Assembly (NCBI RefSeq): GCF_964213995.1
Contig: NW_027590162.1
Location: 248,001-312,000, forward strand
Direction of reading: 5' to 3'
Source of the DNA: Mustelus asterias
Lineage: Eukaryota
DNA: 64,000 bases
Made by a program: the position numbers and the translations under genes. The notes below the pieces were generated by a model that saw nothing but the letters and a program-made list of their open reading frames with translations, made no database searches and had not been told where the DNA came from. This document shows positions 1 to 14,050 of the stretch, piece after piece (position 1 is the stretch's first letter; each line of letters opens with the position of its first letter).

Positions 1-919
1 AGTGAAACGCCACATCACTCCTGTTTAATCACTCAGTGTTTGGATAGAGTTTATAAAAGCTTTCTCTGGAATAGCGGAGTTTAGTAGCAGCAGCCGGTGA
101 ATCGTTCACTGGAACCAGTCCCAGTTGTGATGCTATTTGCCCCCAGACGGTTGTTTCCTGCACTGAAACTGACGCTTTGTGAAACTGATCAGTTTCCGCT
201 CAGTCATTCACATTCCCGCAGTTTGAGCCGATCCAACCCCAGCCTGCTTCTGATTGGCCATCCTCTCCGCATTCGCAGCTCTGAACCAATCGCAGAGCAT
301 CGAATGTGAAGATTGAGCCAATCATTGGCTTCATCTGTCAACCGGCAGAAATTTTGAATTGGGGAAAATGCCGCCAATTTCAGCGCGGGAAAGGGAATTG
401 AGACAAATTCTTAACCTATTAAAAATAGATTCTCAATTAATATTCTGCTGTAAGATTATTTTACAAAGAGGTTTCATTTGTGAACATTTGTCCGCCACGG
501 GCGGCAAACGACTCCATTCAGTAATGTCAAACGGGACAAATATGAAGTCACTCTCTGTAACAAACAACAGACTCAACCCCTTTCACACCGGCTTCAGGGA
601 GACACAGAGAAGCGACTGATTTCTGATCCTTGCCCCCGAAAACGGCAGCGAATGTTACAAACGACAGGAGAGGGGAAATCTGAATGGGCTGGAGAGGAAA
701 GGGACAGGGATCGAGTGGAACAGCGGGAGATTCTGGGAATGAACAGCCCAGAGAGCGGGGAAATGGTCTAAAGCACGAAGTGCAGGGAGATAGACTTCAA
801 ATCTTCAATATTTCGAGTAATGTTTATTTTAATAAGGACGGGATAAAGTCTTTTATACAGACGGCTATTTCCTGCATCGAAAACGGCCCAATTTCTGAAA
901 GGCGCGGTTAACAAAACTA

Positions 920-1504
<585 letters not shown>

Positions 1505-1533
1505 ACCCCGGCCTCAGCACCAAGTACAACAAC

Positions 1534-1574
1534 GGCTCTTTTAAGAGCCACCAAATCGACAAATGAAAGAGCTG
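1534..1574 (+). terminator. Histone 3' stem-loop plus HDE (H3)
   Basis: GGCTCTTTTAAGAGCC at 1534-1549 followed by purine-rich AAATGAAAGAGCTG (U7-binding HDE). Confidence 0.95.
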
Positions 1575-2222
1575 CGATCTCCTGTTAACGATTCTCGTGT
1601 TTCAATTCCCAGGACAGAATATTCCCAGGACTCCAATACTGAAACCTCTTAATGTTATAATGAACTCTCCGTTGCATTGAGGTCACTCATATCTCCAAAC
1701 CTTTGATGATTAGAGTAAAAACGATGCCGTTAACAATTCTCCTGCAGTTTAATTTTAGTGGTTTTATTAAACCTGCGATAATTTCAGTTTCCGAGGAATA
1801 ATTCCCCAAATCCACTTTGTCCTCATGTTTCGAGTCGCAGCGTGAGTGACGCAATTTTCAACAGTCAGGAAGCATCTCAAACAGTAACCCACTCACACCG
1901 ATATAACCATTGCAGAAACGCTTGCACATTCGCATAGACAATAATTAACACTTTTCCAGATACAATGACTGGCTCTGAAAACCGATGGGCTGCAGATGAA
2001 TATCCTCGCAGACTATCACATTTTAAAGCAATTATATTGGAAATAGGATCATTTCAGTTCACTGGGATGGTTTCCCCGATAAACAGCAGCAACTTGTATT
2101 AAAATACTGTATGTGTCAATCGTACGGATTGATAGAACAAAGCGGGAAACAGCTGTGCTGTGAATAGCAGTGCAGAAACTGACCGATAGACACCAGGTCG
2201 CCCTTTTTCAGATAAAGTGAGT

Positions 2223-2238
2223 GGCTCTGAAAAGAGCC
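2223..2238 (-). terminator. Histone 3' stem-loop (H2A)
   Basis: Reverse complement reads GGCTCTTTTCAGAGCC. Confidence 0.95.
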
Positions 2239-2268
2239 TTTGGGTTATCAGATTAAAGAATGGCCGCT

Positions 2269-2718
<450 letters not shown>

Positions 2719-3737
2719 TTATAAACTGACAGCCCCTCTGATTGGCCGCTGCTCTATTCACCTCATTTGCCTATATTCTTCACCAATCAGCTCACTGGAA
2801 TCAGAAGAGGGCGGGATTTCCCCACAACAACCGGCAGAAGCAGAGAATTTGTCCATTTCCAAAAGCCCGCCAATTTCATTGTGGGAAAGGAGCGAATTCA
2901 AATCAATGTCGCCCTCAGTCAGAGATTTCAAATCCCTTCTTTTGATTTGCTTTTATTCAGCTCTTCCCGTCACCAATCGGAGGCGCGGCTTTAACATTTT
3001 CTTTCAATGTGCTTCATTCTCCTATCGCTTTCTAACTGTCCCGGGCGGGAATCAATCCCTGTTCACAGCATTCCCAGAAGGAAAACACTCCGTTTAGTCT
3101 TCAATCAGAACCCAGTGTCTTTCACTGAAAACAGGGAGCCGGATCGAGTCCGCACACTGTCCTTATTCCGCTCTGTAACAATCCCACTCCGGACTGTTAC
3201 ATTGCGGAGAATTACTGTGAATAAAATGATGAATCAATGAACATTTCAGGAATTGAGAGAAGGGACCGTTACCGCGAAAAATAGCCGCGAATGAGGTCAT
3301 TTAGGGGCTGTGAAAATAACAGAATAATAACAGCTTTCAGCACAAAGCGAAGGCAGTGAGTGAATTCTGGGTTAATGTTTGGTTTACAGGACAGGAGACA
3401 CAAACAGCAGTCGAAGTTATTCCATTTTGCATTCTAACCATCGAATAGGAAGGTGCCGGATACAGCTTTTCACAGAGACTGACGATTAGATTTCCTCACC
3501 CAAATGTTTATGGAATGATGATCAAATAGGATTCGGGAAAGATTTTTCCCTCCATCCCTTCCATTCTCTGGATTTACACCGGCTGAAAGAACAACGAGAA
3601 AAGTTCATAGTGATGGGGCACAAACGGCTTATCCTTGGGAACACATTTAGTTTGAAACGTCCTTGTGATGTAATAGAGCAGAGTGGTTATGTTTGTGGCG
3701 AGATGCAGGAAACTGTAGACGAACAGAGGGCCGTGTT

Positions 3738-4093
3738 TTTAAAAAATTCATTTGTGGGACATGGGCATCGCTGACTGGCCAGCATTTAATGCACATCCTG
3801 AGTTGCCCTTGTTCAGAGGACAGTTGAGTCAACCACAGTGCTGTGGCTCTGGAGTCACATGAAGGCCATACCGGGTAAGGACGGCAGATTTCCTCCCTAA
3901 AGTGAACCAGATAGGATTTTCTGACAATCGACAATAGCTTCACGGTCATCAGTAGATTCTTCATTCCAGATATTTTTAAATCAAATTTAAATTCCATCAA
4001 CTGCCGTGACAGGATTCGAACCCGGGTCCCCAGAACATTAGCTGAGTTTCTGAATTAATAGCATAGTGATAATACCACTCGGCCATCACCTCA
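3738..4093 (-). mobile_element. tRNA-derived SINE (family distinct from HE1)
   Basis: Minus strand has A box TGGCCGAGTGG, B box GGTTCGAATCC and an A-rich tail; homologous copies near 33380-33705 and 44165-44500. Confidence 0.75.
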
Positions 4094-4099
4094 CCAGTG

Positions 4100-7030
4100 T
4101 ACAAACATCATTAACTGGTAGGTAAAGTAATAAAGCTAATAGTCTATGAAGGATTGGAATTTGTGTTACAGTTGCAGAAAACTCTGTTCAGACCCCATTT
4201 AGATCACTGTGTTCATCCCAGGAAGGTTAGATTGGCCTTGGAGTGGGAGCAGCAGAATTTCACCAGTGATGCCAGACTCAAATGATGAGGACAGATTGCA
4301 AAGACTAGTCCTGTAATAACCTGAACATGGAAGATTAAGTGGTGATGTGAGTGATATGTTTACAATGAATGATTTGATAGGGTGCAGAGAGATAAACTGT
4401 TAGCTCTGAATGGGGGAACCTCACCGTAAAATGAGATGAGACATTTCAGGGATAATTTAGACCATAAGACATAAGAATATAAGATATAAGAATTAGGCCA
4501 CTCGGCCGTTTGAGTCTGCTCTGCCAATGAAGCATAGCTGATATTTTTCTCATCCCCATTGTTCTGCCTTTTCCCCATAATCCCTGATCCCCTTATTTAA
4601 TTTCAGGGAAAGCTTCTTGATAGAGGATGGTGGGAATGTTGAATTGTCCACAAACAATTGTTAAAGCTGAGTTTATCAGGAAATTAACAAGCTGAAGATG
4701 ACAAGCAGCCAGTAACATGAAGGTGGATAGTCAGAGTTTCTGTAGGTATTTAAACAATAAAAGAGTTAAAGTGAGCATTGGTTCTATCGAAAGTGCATCT
4801 GGGGAATTGATAATGGAAAATAGGATATTGACAAATGAATTGAACAGGTAGTTTTCATTTGTGTTCACTATAGAGGACACAAGTAACATCCCAAAAATAG
4901 CTGGAAATCAGCAAATGGAAGGGTGGGAGGAACTCAGGAAAATTGCAATCACCAGAGAAAGTGGTATTGAGCAAATTGTCGGATCTGGAGGCTGACAAAT
5001 CCCTGCGTCCGAATGGGCTTCACACTCAGGACATGAAATCAGTGGCTAATGAGATAGCTAATGCATTTGTTTTAATTTTGCAAAATTCCCTGGCTTCAGA
5101 GAATGTGATGTGGAGATGCCGGCATTGGACTGGGGGTGGGGGGGGGGGGGGGGGGGGAGAGGGGGCGGGTGGTAAGCACAATAAGAAGTCTCACAACACC
5201 AGGTTAATGTCCAACAGGTTTATTTTACTACTAAGTAAACCTTGTGCTACCAAATAAACCTATTGGACTTTAACCTGGTGTTGTCAGACTTCTTCCTCTG
5301 TTTACCCCAGTCCAATGCCAGCATCTCCACATCTTTTTCTGGGTGGCAGGATATGTCGAATGGTGTATCTGTACCAGGGCCACAACTTTTTACAATTTAT
5401 AAAAATGACTTTGATGAAGGGACTGAAGATATGGTTGTTAAATTTGCTGACAGCATAAAGATTGACAAGAAATTTATTGCAAAGTGTACGTAAGGAGGCT
5501 ACAAAAGGAAACAGAAAAGTTACGTGAATTGGCAAAATGTGGCAAATGAGGCAAATTGCGAGGATAAAACAGTGGATGAAAAATTGAGACTTTCAAAGTT
5601 GAGATGAATAGGGTGCCAGCCAGGTACATAGCCACCAGAAATAAATACACGGCATCCAAAGCTAGAGTATCCTGGAGTCTAAGGATATTGATGAGAAAAT
5701 AAGGAAGAAAAAAGAGACATATGATGCATGCTGGAATAATAATAGCAATAGAAATCAGGAAAAACAGTTCAAATGCAGGAGAGAGGCGAAGGCTTTAATA
5801 AGGAAGGCTAAGAGGGAGCATGAGGAAAGGATAGCAGGCTGCGCTAAAACAAATAGTAAAATGTTCTTCAAACATATACATGTGAAAAGGTTAGTGAAGG
5901 ATAAAGTGGGGCTCATAAGGGACAAGCAGGGTAAACTGATCACTGAAGCAGAGGGTATGGCAGAGATACTAAATGAGTATCGTGCTTCTGTCTTTACAAA
6001 ATTAGACAATAGGACAATGGCCCTGTTGAAAATATGGGTGCTCAGTAACTGAACAGTATAGTGATAGATAAAGAAGAGGCACTAAAACTCTGGCAGCACT
6101 CTCAGTAGAGAAGTCACTAGGTCCAGACTGGATGCATCGTAGATTGCTGAGAGGTGAGGGAGCAAATTGCGCAGCCATTGACAGAAACTTCCTGGCCTCT
6201 TTGAACACAGAATTAGTCCCATGGGATTGGAGGATTGCAAATGTAATGCTGTTTTTCAGGAAAGGGGCAAAGGATATCCCAGGAAACTACAGACCTCTCA
6301 GCTGGACATCAATAGTGAGAAAACAGATGGAGGCCACAGTCTGAAATAAGATATATATATACTCTCAGAGAAATATAAGTTCATACTAGGCATACGGCAT
6401 AATTTTCTCAAGGGCAGGTCATGTTTGGCAAGATGAGACACAGACATTGGATGAGGGTAGTGCCGTGGATGTTGTATATTTGGACTTTCAGAAAGCATTT
6501 GATATGGTGCCACATGGCAGGTTGGTGAGCGAATTAGAAATGTTTGTGATTGATGGGTCCTTGGCAGCATGGATTAGAAGTTGGCTGAAAGATAGGAAAC
6601 AGAGGTTGGGTATAGATGTGCATTTCTCAGACTCGAGACGAGTTGAAAGTGGTGTTCCCCAGGGATCAGTGTTGGGACACTTGCTTTTTCTGATTTATAT
6701 AAATCATTTAGAGATCGGGGTTAAGGGCAAAATTTGCATACAATACCAAGCTGGGGAGAATAGTGAATTGTGAGAATGATGCTGAGTGACTTTAGAGGGA
6801 CATTGACAAGTTGCCCAAATGGGCAGACACCTGGCAGATGAATTGCAATGCAGCAAAATGTGAGGAAATGCATTTTGGTACAAGAAACATGAGGAGAAAA
6901 TATGCCCATTGTGGTACAACATTTAGGGGAAGTACAGGAGCAGAGAGAACTTGGGTTTCAAGTGTATAATGCTCTGTTGCGGGCAAGGCAAGTTGAAACA
7001 GTTATTAATAAGGCTGATAGGATCCTTGGA
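4100..7030 (+). mobile_element. Old, fragmented CR1-type LINE ORF2 remnants
   Basis: Broken ORFs with CR1 motifs (DKSLRPNGLH, NYRPLS, VDVVYLDFQKAFD, GVPQGSVLG, KFAD). Confidence 0.85.
5103..5335. mobile_element. Inverted pair of PLE terminal repeat fragments with internal poly-G
   Basis: GATGTGGAGATGCCGGCATTGGACTGGGG...ACAACACCAGGTTAA followed by its reverse complement; same family as 22095 and 58924. Confidence 0.75.
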
Positions 7031-7074
7031 GTCATAGAGGTTTACAGCATGGAAACAGCCCTTTGGCCCATCTT

Positions 7075-7320
7075 TAAGATCTGGTAGGCTGTAGGGATTC
7101 ACATTCTAATCAGCATTCTAATCTAAGATCTTTAAGATCTGGTTGGCTGTAGGGATTTGCATTCTAATCAGTATTCTGTAACTTGATTTTGTGTCTCTGT
7201 GCCCTGTTTGAGAGCAGATTTCCACTCCATCTGACGAAGGAGCAGTGCTCTGAAAGCTAATGGTATTTGCGACCAAATAAACCTGTTGGACATTAACCTG
7301 GTGTTGTTAAAACTCCTACA
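7075..7320 (+). mobile_element. PLE terminal repeat with hammerhead motif
   Basis: Reverse-complement match to 16081-16280; CTGACGA...GAAAGCT core, then AATAAA and CCTGTTGGAC.TTAACCTGGTGTTG. Confidence 0.8.
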
Positions 7321-7327
7321 GAGGAAA

Positions 7328-7440
7328 CCTATGCAGACATGGGGAGATTGTGTAGACTTCGCATAGAGAATGGCCTAAGCCAGGAATCGAACCTGGGTCC
7401 CTGGCGCAGTGAGGCAGCAGTGCTAACCACTGTGCCACTC
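7328..7440 (-). mobile_element. HE1-like SINE 5' fragment
   Basis: Reverse complement GTGGCACAGTGGTTAGCACTGCTGCCTCAC...GGGACCCAGGTTCGATTCC. Confidence 0.75.
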
Positions 7441-7719
7441 CCACTCCACCAAGCTGGCTGTGTCTTATTGAAGTTTCCCACTTTCCTCCTCACAGTTGCC
7501 AAGGCCTCCAAGTTTCGTGACGTATGGAAATGTTGAGCTTGTGTCCTGTACACCGAGGCGTGTGTCATTAATGTATATCAGGAAGAGCAGGGCTCCTAAC
7601 ACCGAGCCCTGGGGAACTCCACTGGGAACCTTCGTCCAGTCTGAAAAACAACCATTAACCACTACTCTCTGTTTCCTCTCACTCACACTATTCCATATGG
7701 GGCGGTGAGGATGGCCTCT

Positions 7720-7860
7720 ACACCCTAGCAATGACTGTAACACTGCATACTGCACTCTCTCCTATCCTTCTCTATGAATGGTATGCTTTGTCTGTATAGC
7801 ACGCAAGAAACAATACTTTTCACGAATACTTTTCATGTGATGATAATAAATCAAATCATA
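7720..7860 (+). mobile_element. Short retroposon 3' tail; other copies at 8165-8305 (-) and 31272-31390 (+)
   Basis: Shared CTATGAAYGGTATGCTT...CAAGAAACAATACTTTTCAC...AATAAATCAAATC. Confidence 0.6.
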
Positions 7861-8313
7861 CCTCAATCTGAGAATGTATTTCAGATTTGGATTTGTATCA
7901 AATGTATTTGTGAATATTCGCTGTGGCCATTAGTACAGTCAATTCAAAACCCCTGATTTGCGTGATGTGACTGGTATTTAAGTCGAATCTCAGAGTTCAT
8001 TATTAATGTTCATTGTGTAACTTTTAATTAGAATCCATGTGTCAGTTTTACCACATATTTAATTTGGAGCTAAGGCTGCTCTATTGTGGGATTGACACTG
8101 TGATGATCTGATGGCAGGAGTCAATTTGGACTTGGATTTATGGATCCCACTATCAATGGTACTGGGTTTGATTTGATTTATTATGGTCACATGCATTGGT
8201 TTACAGTGAAAAGTATTATTTCTTGCATGCTATACAGACAAAGCATACAGTTCATACAGTACATAGAGCGGAAGGAAAGGAGAGGGTGCAGAATGTAGTG
8301 TTAGAAGTCCATT

Positions 8314-8396
8314 TAATTGGAGTGTGGTTCAAATGCACATGGACATCGGTCCGTTGGATCTTAAGTCCAACCCCTTAACCACTCGGCCATCCTGGT
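8314..8396 (-). pseudogene. tRNA-Leu(TAA) pseudogene
   Basis: 5' half nearly matches 31180 (ACCAGGATGGCCGAGTGGTTAAGG.GTTGGACTTAAGATCCAA); B box is mutated (CATTTGAACC) and the 3' acceptor strand is degraded. Confidence 0.85.
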
Positions 8397-8512
8397 AGGA
8401 TATTTAGAGTCACATGGACAAAAATGTCTGTCTCTCCTGCTCTGTTTGATTGATGGATTGAAAATGTGTCTGCAACTATTTCTGCTCTCTGAGACCGTTG
8501 AACTAATAAGAT

Positions 8513-9736
8513 GTCTGTGTGTCAGGAATTGGTTGCATTCTTGGACATACGCATCTCCATCAAGGACGGTCACCTCAGCACTTCACTGTACCGCAAGCAC
8601 ACGGATAACCTCATGATGCTCCACTTCTCCAGCTTCCATCCTATACACGTTAAAGAAGCCGTCCTCTGTGGACAAGCCCTCTGTATACACAGGATCTGCT
8701 CAGATGAGGAGTGTTGCAACAGACACCTACAGACGCTGAAAGATGCCCTCATAACAACAGGATATGGTGCTCGACTCATCGGTCGACAGTTCCGATGTGC
8801 CACAGAAGACAAACACAGGACACGATAGACAGAGTACCCTTCATTGTCCAGTACTTCCCCGGAGCGGAGAAGCTACGACACCTTCTCCGGAGCCTTCAAC
8901 ATGTCAAGTATGAAGACGAACATCTCGCCAAGACCATCCCCACACCCCCACTTCTCGCCTTCAAACAACCGCATAACCTCAAACAGACCATTGTCTGCAG
9001 CAAATTACCCAGCATTCAGGAGAACATTGACCACAACACCACACAACCCTGCCACAGCAACCTCTGTAAATGTGCCGCATCATTGACACTGATGCCACCA
9101 TCTCACGTGAGAACACCATCCACTACGCACATGGTACATATTCTTGCGAGTCGGCCAATGTTGTCGACCTGATACGCTGCAGGAAAGGATGTCCCAAGGC
9201 ATGGCACATTGAAAAGACTATGCAGATGCTATGACAACGGATGAATGAACACTGCTCAACAATCGCCAGGCAGGAGTGTTTCCTTCCTGTCGGGGTACAG
9301 TTCAGCAGTCATGGGCATTCAGCCTCTGATCTTCGAGTAAGCATTCTCCAAGGTGGCCTTCACGACACATGACAACGCAGAATCACGGAGCAGAAACTGA
9401 TAGCCAAGTTCCGCACACATGAATACGGCCTCAACTGGGACCTTGGGATCATGTCACACTATCTGTAACCCCCACAACTTGTCTGTGCAAAATATCAATA
9501 ACTGTCCTGGCTGGAGACAATACACACCTCTTCAACCAGTGCTTGGCCCTCTCTCCACTTACACTATCTGTAATTTTAAGACTTGATTACCTGTAAAGAC
9601 TCGCATTCTAACCATTATCTTGTAAATTGAGTTTGTGCCTGTATATGCCCTGTTTGTGAACCCATCTCCTCACTCACCTGAAGGAGCCTGAGTCTCCGAA
9701 AGCTTGTGCTGCCAAATAAACCTGTTGGACTTTAAC
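8513..9736 (+). mobile_element. Penelope-like element 3' portion (RT end, GIY-YIG endonuclease, terminal repeat), degenerate
   Basis: FLDIRISIKDGHLSTSLYRK, RICSDEE, PLLAFKQPHNLK; C-terminus homologous to 16385-16612; ends in the AATAAACCTGTTGGACTTTAAC repeat. Confidence 0.88.
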
Positions 9737-10250
9737 AAAACATCAGTAAACAAATCAGAAACAGATCAATCCACCGTGACAATAACACCATCTCTGACTC
9801 CCTGCTGCCAGGAAGCAGCCCTTTCACTGATCCTGTGAGCTTATGTGTTAAATCTGTATGGTCTTGAGAGAAAAGGGACAATCTTTATCAGAATGGAATA
9901 AAGTCTGAGTTTGCACAGATGGTTATTTGCTGCACAAAAAATGGCGCAAATGATGAAATTGTTGATTAACAACTGAAATCAGAACCTGGGTTCCAGATAT
10001 TAACTATTAATAAAAAGCAGCAACTTGCATGCATTAAAATACTGCCTGTGACAATACTGTCGTAATGTGGATGGTGTATTCGCCTGATGAATTCCTCTGT
10101 ATCTGCTGCGAGACTGATGGGGTCTATTTACTATCGCACACAGGGGGAACTACGGATTGATAAAACAAAGCGGGAAACAGCTGGCCTGTGAATAGCACCG
10201 CAGCATCTGAGGGACAGACAATAGATCGCCCTTTTCCAGAAAAAGTGAGT

Positions 10251-10266
10251 GGCTCTGAAAAGAGCC
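10251..10266 (-). terminator. Histone 3' stem-loop (H2A)
   Basis: Reverse complement reads GGCTCTTTTCAGAGCC. Confidence 0.95.
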
Positions 10267-10297
10267 TTTGGGGTTATCAGATTAAAGAATGGCCGCT

Positions 10298-10747
<450 letters not shown>

Positions 10748-11789
10748 TTATAGCTCCGGGAGGAATGGAGGTGCGGACATTGCTGATTGGTCACTTTGTT
10801 GCTGCCTCTCAGCATCTTGTTCATATGACCAATCAGAAATCTGCTTAACTCACCAATCCGGAGAGCCCACGGAGTGAGGGCGGAAAATAACGGCGCCAAA
10901 ATCTCAGATTCCAACCGATTTCATTTCAAACTGTAAAAGCCGCCAAAGCGGAAAAGAACAAGAGTTTCGGAAATTATACGAATAGGTAATGGTTAATTAA
11001 TTTTGAGTAATGTAAGAATCTCCCTTTCTCTCCTTCCCCAGTCTATAGTTAACCTGTATCTGGCAGTTTCTGATTTTCAGTCTGGGCTTTTCGGAAAATA
11101 AGTCGAAAATAACAAAATTTTCACGATTCATTTTTGAAAAGTTCGCAGATGTATTTATAAAACAAGAAATACATTTCAAATAAACTCTCAATAATTAACT
11201 GTCTAACAACAAAGTGTTTAAAACATCGGTGTTTGCACCATTTCACATTTTATCCCAAGTTGCAGATTTGCTTTTAGAATCCTGGATCCATTCGGGGTTA
11301 ATCTCGGCCCTTTTTAAAACTCTCGAACTCGCCGCCAGAAAGTCTCATTGACATCGTTCTGTAAACGGACGGGATGTTCTCCATATTCGTGAGAATCAAG
11401 AGGGGAGTGAACATTTTCGGTGTAAATTGACCAGTGCCGAGACGGAGGTTCCTGCACAACCGGGGCGGAGAGGGAATAAACTGATCGATTATTAAGACCA
11501 AACTGGAACAGAATTGGAAGCTGACACATTTGCTCCATTCACTCTCTCTCTCTAAAGTCGGGGAAACGGGTCGAAATGGGCCTCTGAGATCTAAGTGCAG
11601 AGGCGGTCGGAAACCAATTAATTAACTTATGAAACATTATCAATCAGACGCTGGGCGATCAACTTGCATTACTCAGTACCTATCATTGCTCAACAGTAAA
11701 AACAACAATTAGATTGTTCGAGACGCTTCAGAGTGAAAGATTAATTGAAACTAAATGGATGATACAGCTTTTTCAGGGAGATTGTGGGT

Positions 11790-11805
11790 GGCTCTTGAAA
11801 GAGCC
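11790..11805 (-). terminator. Histone 3' stem-loop (H2B)
   Basis: Reverse complement reads GGCTCTTTCAAGAGCC. Confidence 0.93.
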
Positions 11806-11841
11806 GTTGTGTTTGGGTTGCTTTTCAGTCCATGGGTGGTT

Positions 11842-12216
11842 TTACTTGGAGCTGGTGTACTTGGTCACCGCCTTTGTCCCTTCCGACACGGCGTGCTTGG
11901 CCAGTTCCCCGGGCAGCAGCAGGCGCACGGCGGTCTGGATCTCCCGGGAGCTGATGGTGCTGCGCTTGTTGTAATGGGCCAGGCGGGAAGCCTCACCCGC
12001 GATGCGCTCGAAAATATCGTTCACGAACGAGTTCATGATGCTCATGGCCTTGGAGGAGATGCCGGTGTCGGGGTGAACCTGCTTCATCACTTTGTAGATG
12101 TAGATGGAGTAACTCTCCTTCCTCGACTTTCGCCGCTTCTTGCCGCCCTTTATTACCGGTTTCTTAATCACTTTCTTCGCCCCCTTCTTAGGAGCTGCTT
12201 TCTTCTCATCCACCAT
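11842..12216 (-). CDS. H2B: Histone H2B
   Basis: [15 protein letters not shown]...[23 protein letters not shown]...KYTSSK; 124 aa. Confidence 0.98.
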   Translation of the reverse strand: MVDEKKAAPKKGAKKVIKKPVIKGGKKRRKSRKESYSIYIYKVMKQVHPDTGISSKAMSIMNSFVNDIFERIAGEASRLAHYNKRSTISSREIQTAVRLLLPGELAKHAVSEGTKAVTKYTSSK

Positions 12217-12268
12217 TTTCACAGTTAATTTCAGACACAGAATCACTGAGTCGCGCTCGGAACTCCTC

Positions 12269-12380
12269 TTTTATAGACCAAAGCAGAGGCCTATGCTAAT
12301 GAAGGATTGCTGAAAGCCCTGTTCCCCATTGGCTCATTCACAATGATGTCAATTCGTGACGCTCTCTCTCTGATTGGTTA
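12269..12380 (-). promoter_or_regulatory. H2B promoter: TATAAAA, octamer variant ATTAGCAT, two CCAAT boxes
   Basis: ttttata 12269-12275, atgctaat 12293-12300, attgg near 12328 and 12373. Confidence 0.8.
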
Positions 12381-12789
12381 GTTCAGATACACAAACACAT
12401 AGTTTGTGGATTTGAGCAGCAACCAGTCTGTTGTCAATCCGTCCTTTCCCCTTGTCCGCCCCGATCCACCCAACCCCCTGACTCTCTCACTCCCTCTGCC
12501 GCACCAGCGCATTCTCTCTGCTGCTAATCCCACATCACTCTATCAGACTGCTGATACTGTTCATACATTTCCCCTTCCTCACCAGCACCAACTGCTCTGC
12601 TTTACTTCCGCCCATCACCGGGAGCTGGCAGTGTACAATATCTGGGCGTGTGGAAGGGGAATAAGTTTGATGAGCAACAGCCACATTGACATTGTTGCTA
12701 AAACAAAAAGCTGACTGCAAGAAGGAGTGGAATCAGAATTGGATATTACTGGCTACAAGCCTTGATACGGTTCCACACCAGAGGTAAAT

Positions 12790-13370
12790 AAAGAAAAAAA
12801 TGAGAGCACGTGGAATGGGGGGGGGGGGGGGTGGGGGGTGGGGGGTGGGGGTGCTGGGCGGGGGAAGAGAATATCCTGAAATAGACTAAGAACTAGCTGA
12901 TGGACAGAGAACTGAGGGTAGGAACAAATGGGTCATTTTCAAGTTAGCAGGCTATGACAAGTGGGCTACCACAAGGATCAGTGTTTGGGCCACTGCTATC
13001 TACAATCTGTGTATCAATGATTTGGGATTAAAGGTAATATTTCCAAATTGGTAGCTGACACAAACAAGGTGGATGTGTGAGTTGTGAGAAGGAGGCAAAG
13101 ACTCCTTGTGTGTATTTGAAGAGGCTGAGCGAATGGGCAACAATTTTGCAGATAGAATGCAATGCGGAGAGATATGAGGAGATTTAATCATTAAATATGT
13201 TCAGGAGTGAGATTGATAGATTTCTACATATCAAAAACATCAAGGGTTACGAGGATAGTTCAGAAAAATGGTGTTGAAGTGGAAAATCAGTCATGATCTC
13301 ACTGTATGGCAATGTAGACTCGAAGAGCCGAATGGCCGACTCTTGCTCCAATTTCTTATCTTCTAATTAT
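12790..13370 (+). mobile_element. Degenerate CR1 RT and 3' fragment
   Basis: CCACAAGGATCAGTGTTTGGGCC (PQGSVLG-like) and CR1 3' UTR-like GCCGAATGGCC. Confidence 0.65.
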
Positions 13371-13717
13371 GTTTTAGCATGGTCATCATTCTGTGACTGT
13401 AATTAACGATAAATGGGTACAAGGTACTTCTTGTATCCTGTCACAATATGACTGTGGCTTTAAAAATAGAACAGAGCATGTCCATAGCTAGTGACTGGCC
13501 TCCTATTTTCCAACAGACTTTCCACAATTGAATTCCACATTTAGGTAAGGGATGGAATACTCTCCACTCACTGGTCAGTGCACCTCCAACAACACCAAAT
13601 AATCTCAGAAACAAATCTAGTTTTTGGTTTCACTTGCAAACCATTCACCAGCTTCAGCATTTACTCCCTCAACCATTCATACACAGTGTGCACCATTTGT
13701 GAAGTACACTGCAAGAA

Positions 13718-14050
13718 CGGGCGACACAATGGTTAGACAGCTGCCTCACAATGCCAGGGACCCAGGTTCGTTTCCGGCCTCGGACGCCTGTCTTTGTGGA
13801 GGTTGCATATTCTCCCCTTATCTGCATGGGTTTTCTACAAGTGCACCGGTTTCCACCCACAGTTCAAAGTTGTGCAGGTTATTCGGATTGGCCATGTTAA
13901 TTGCCCCTTGGTATCCCAAGATGTGTAGTTAGAGGATGCAGCTGTGGTAAATTTGTGGGGTTATGGGGATAGGGCCTGGGTAAAATGCTGAGTCAATGCA
14001 GACTTGATGGGTCAAATGACATCCTTCTGCACTGGAGGGATTCTATTCTA
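13718..14050 (+). mobile_element. HE1-like V-SINE
   Basis: CTGCCTCACAATGCCAGGGACCCAGGTTCG head, central domain and GATTCTATTCTA tail. Confidence 0.8.

Noticed and set aside
4010-4093. Additional tRNA genes at SINE heads
   Set aside because: A/B boxes are present but there is no cloverleaf, and they continue into SINE bodies.
12817-12865. Poly-G/C tracts (also 5131-5170 and 23460-23500) as functional G-quadruplexes
   Set aside because: They lie inside decayed repeats and look like homopolymer expansions with unreliable length.
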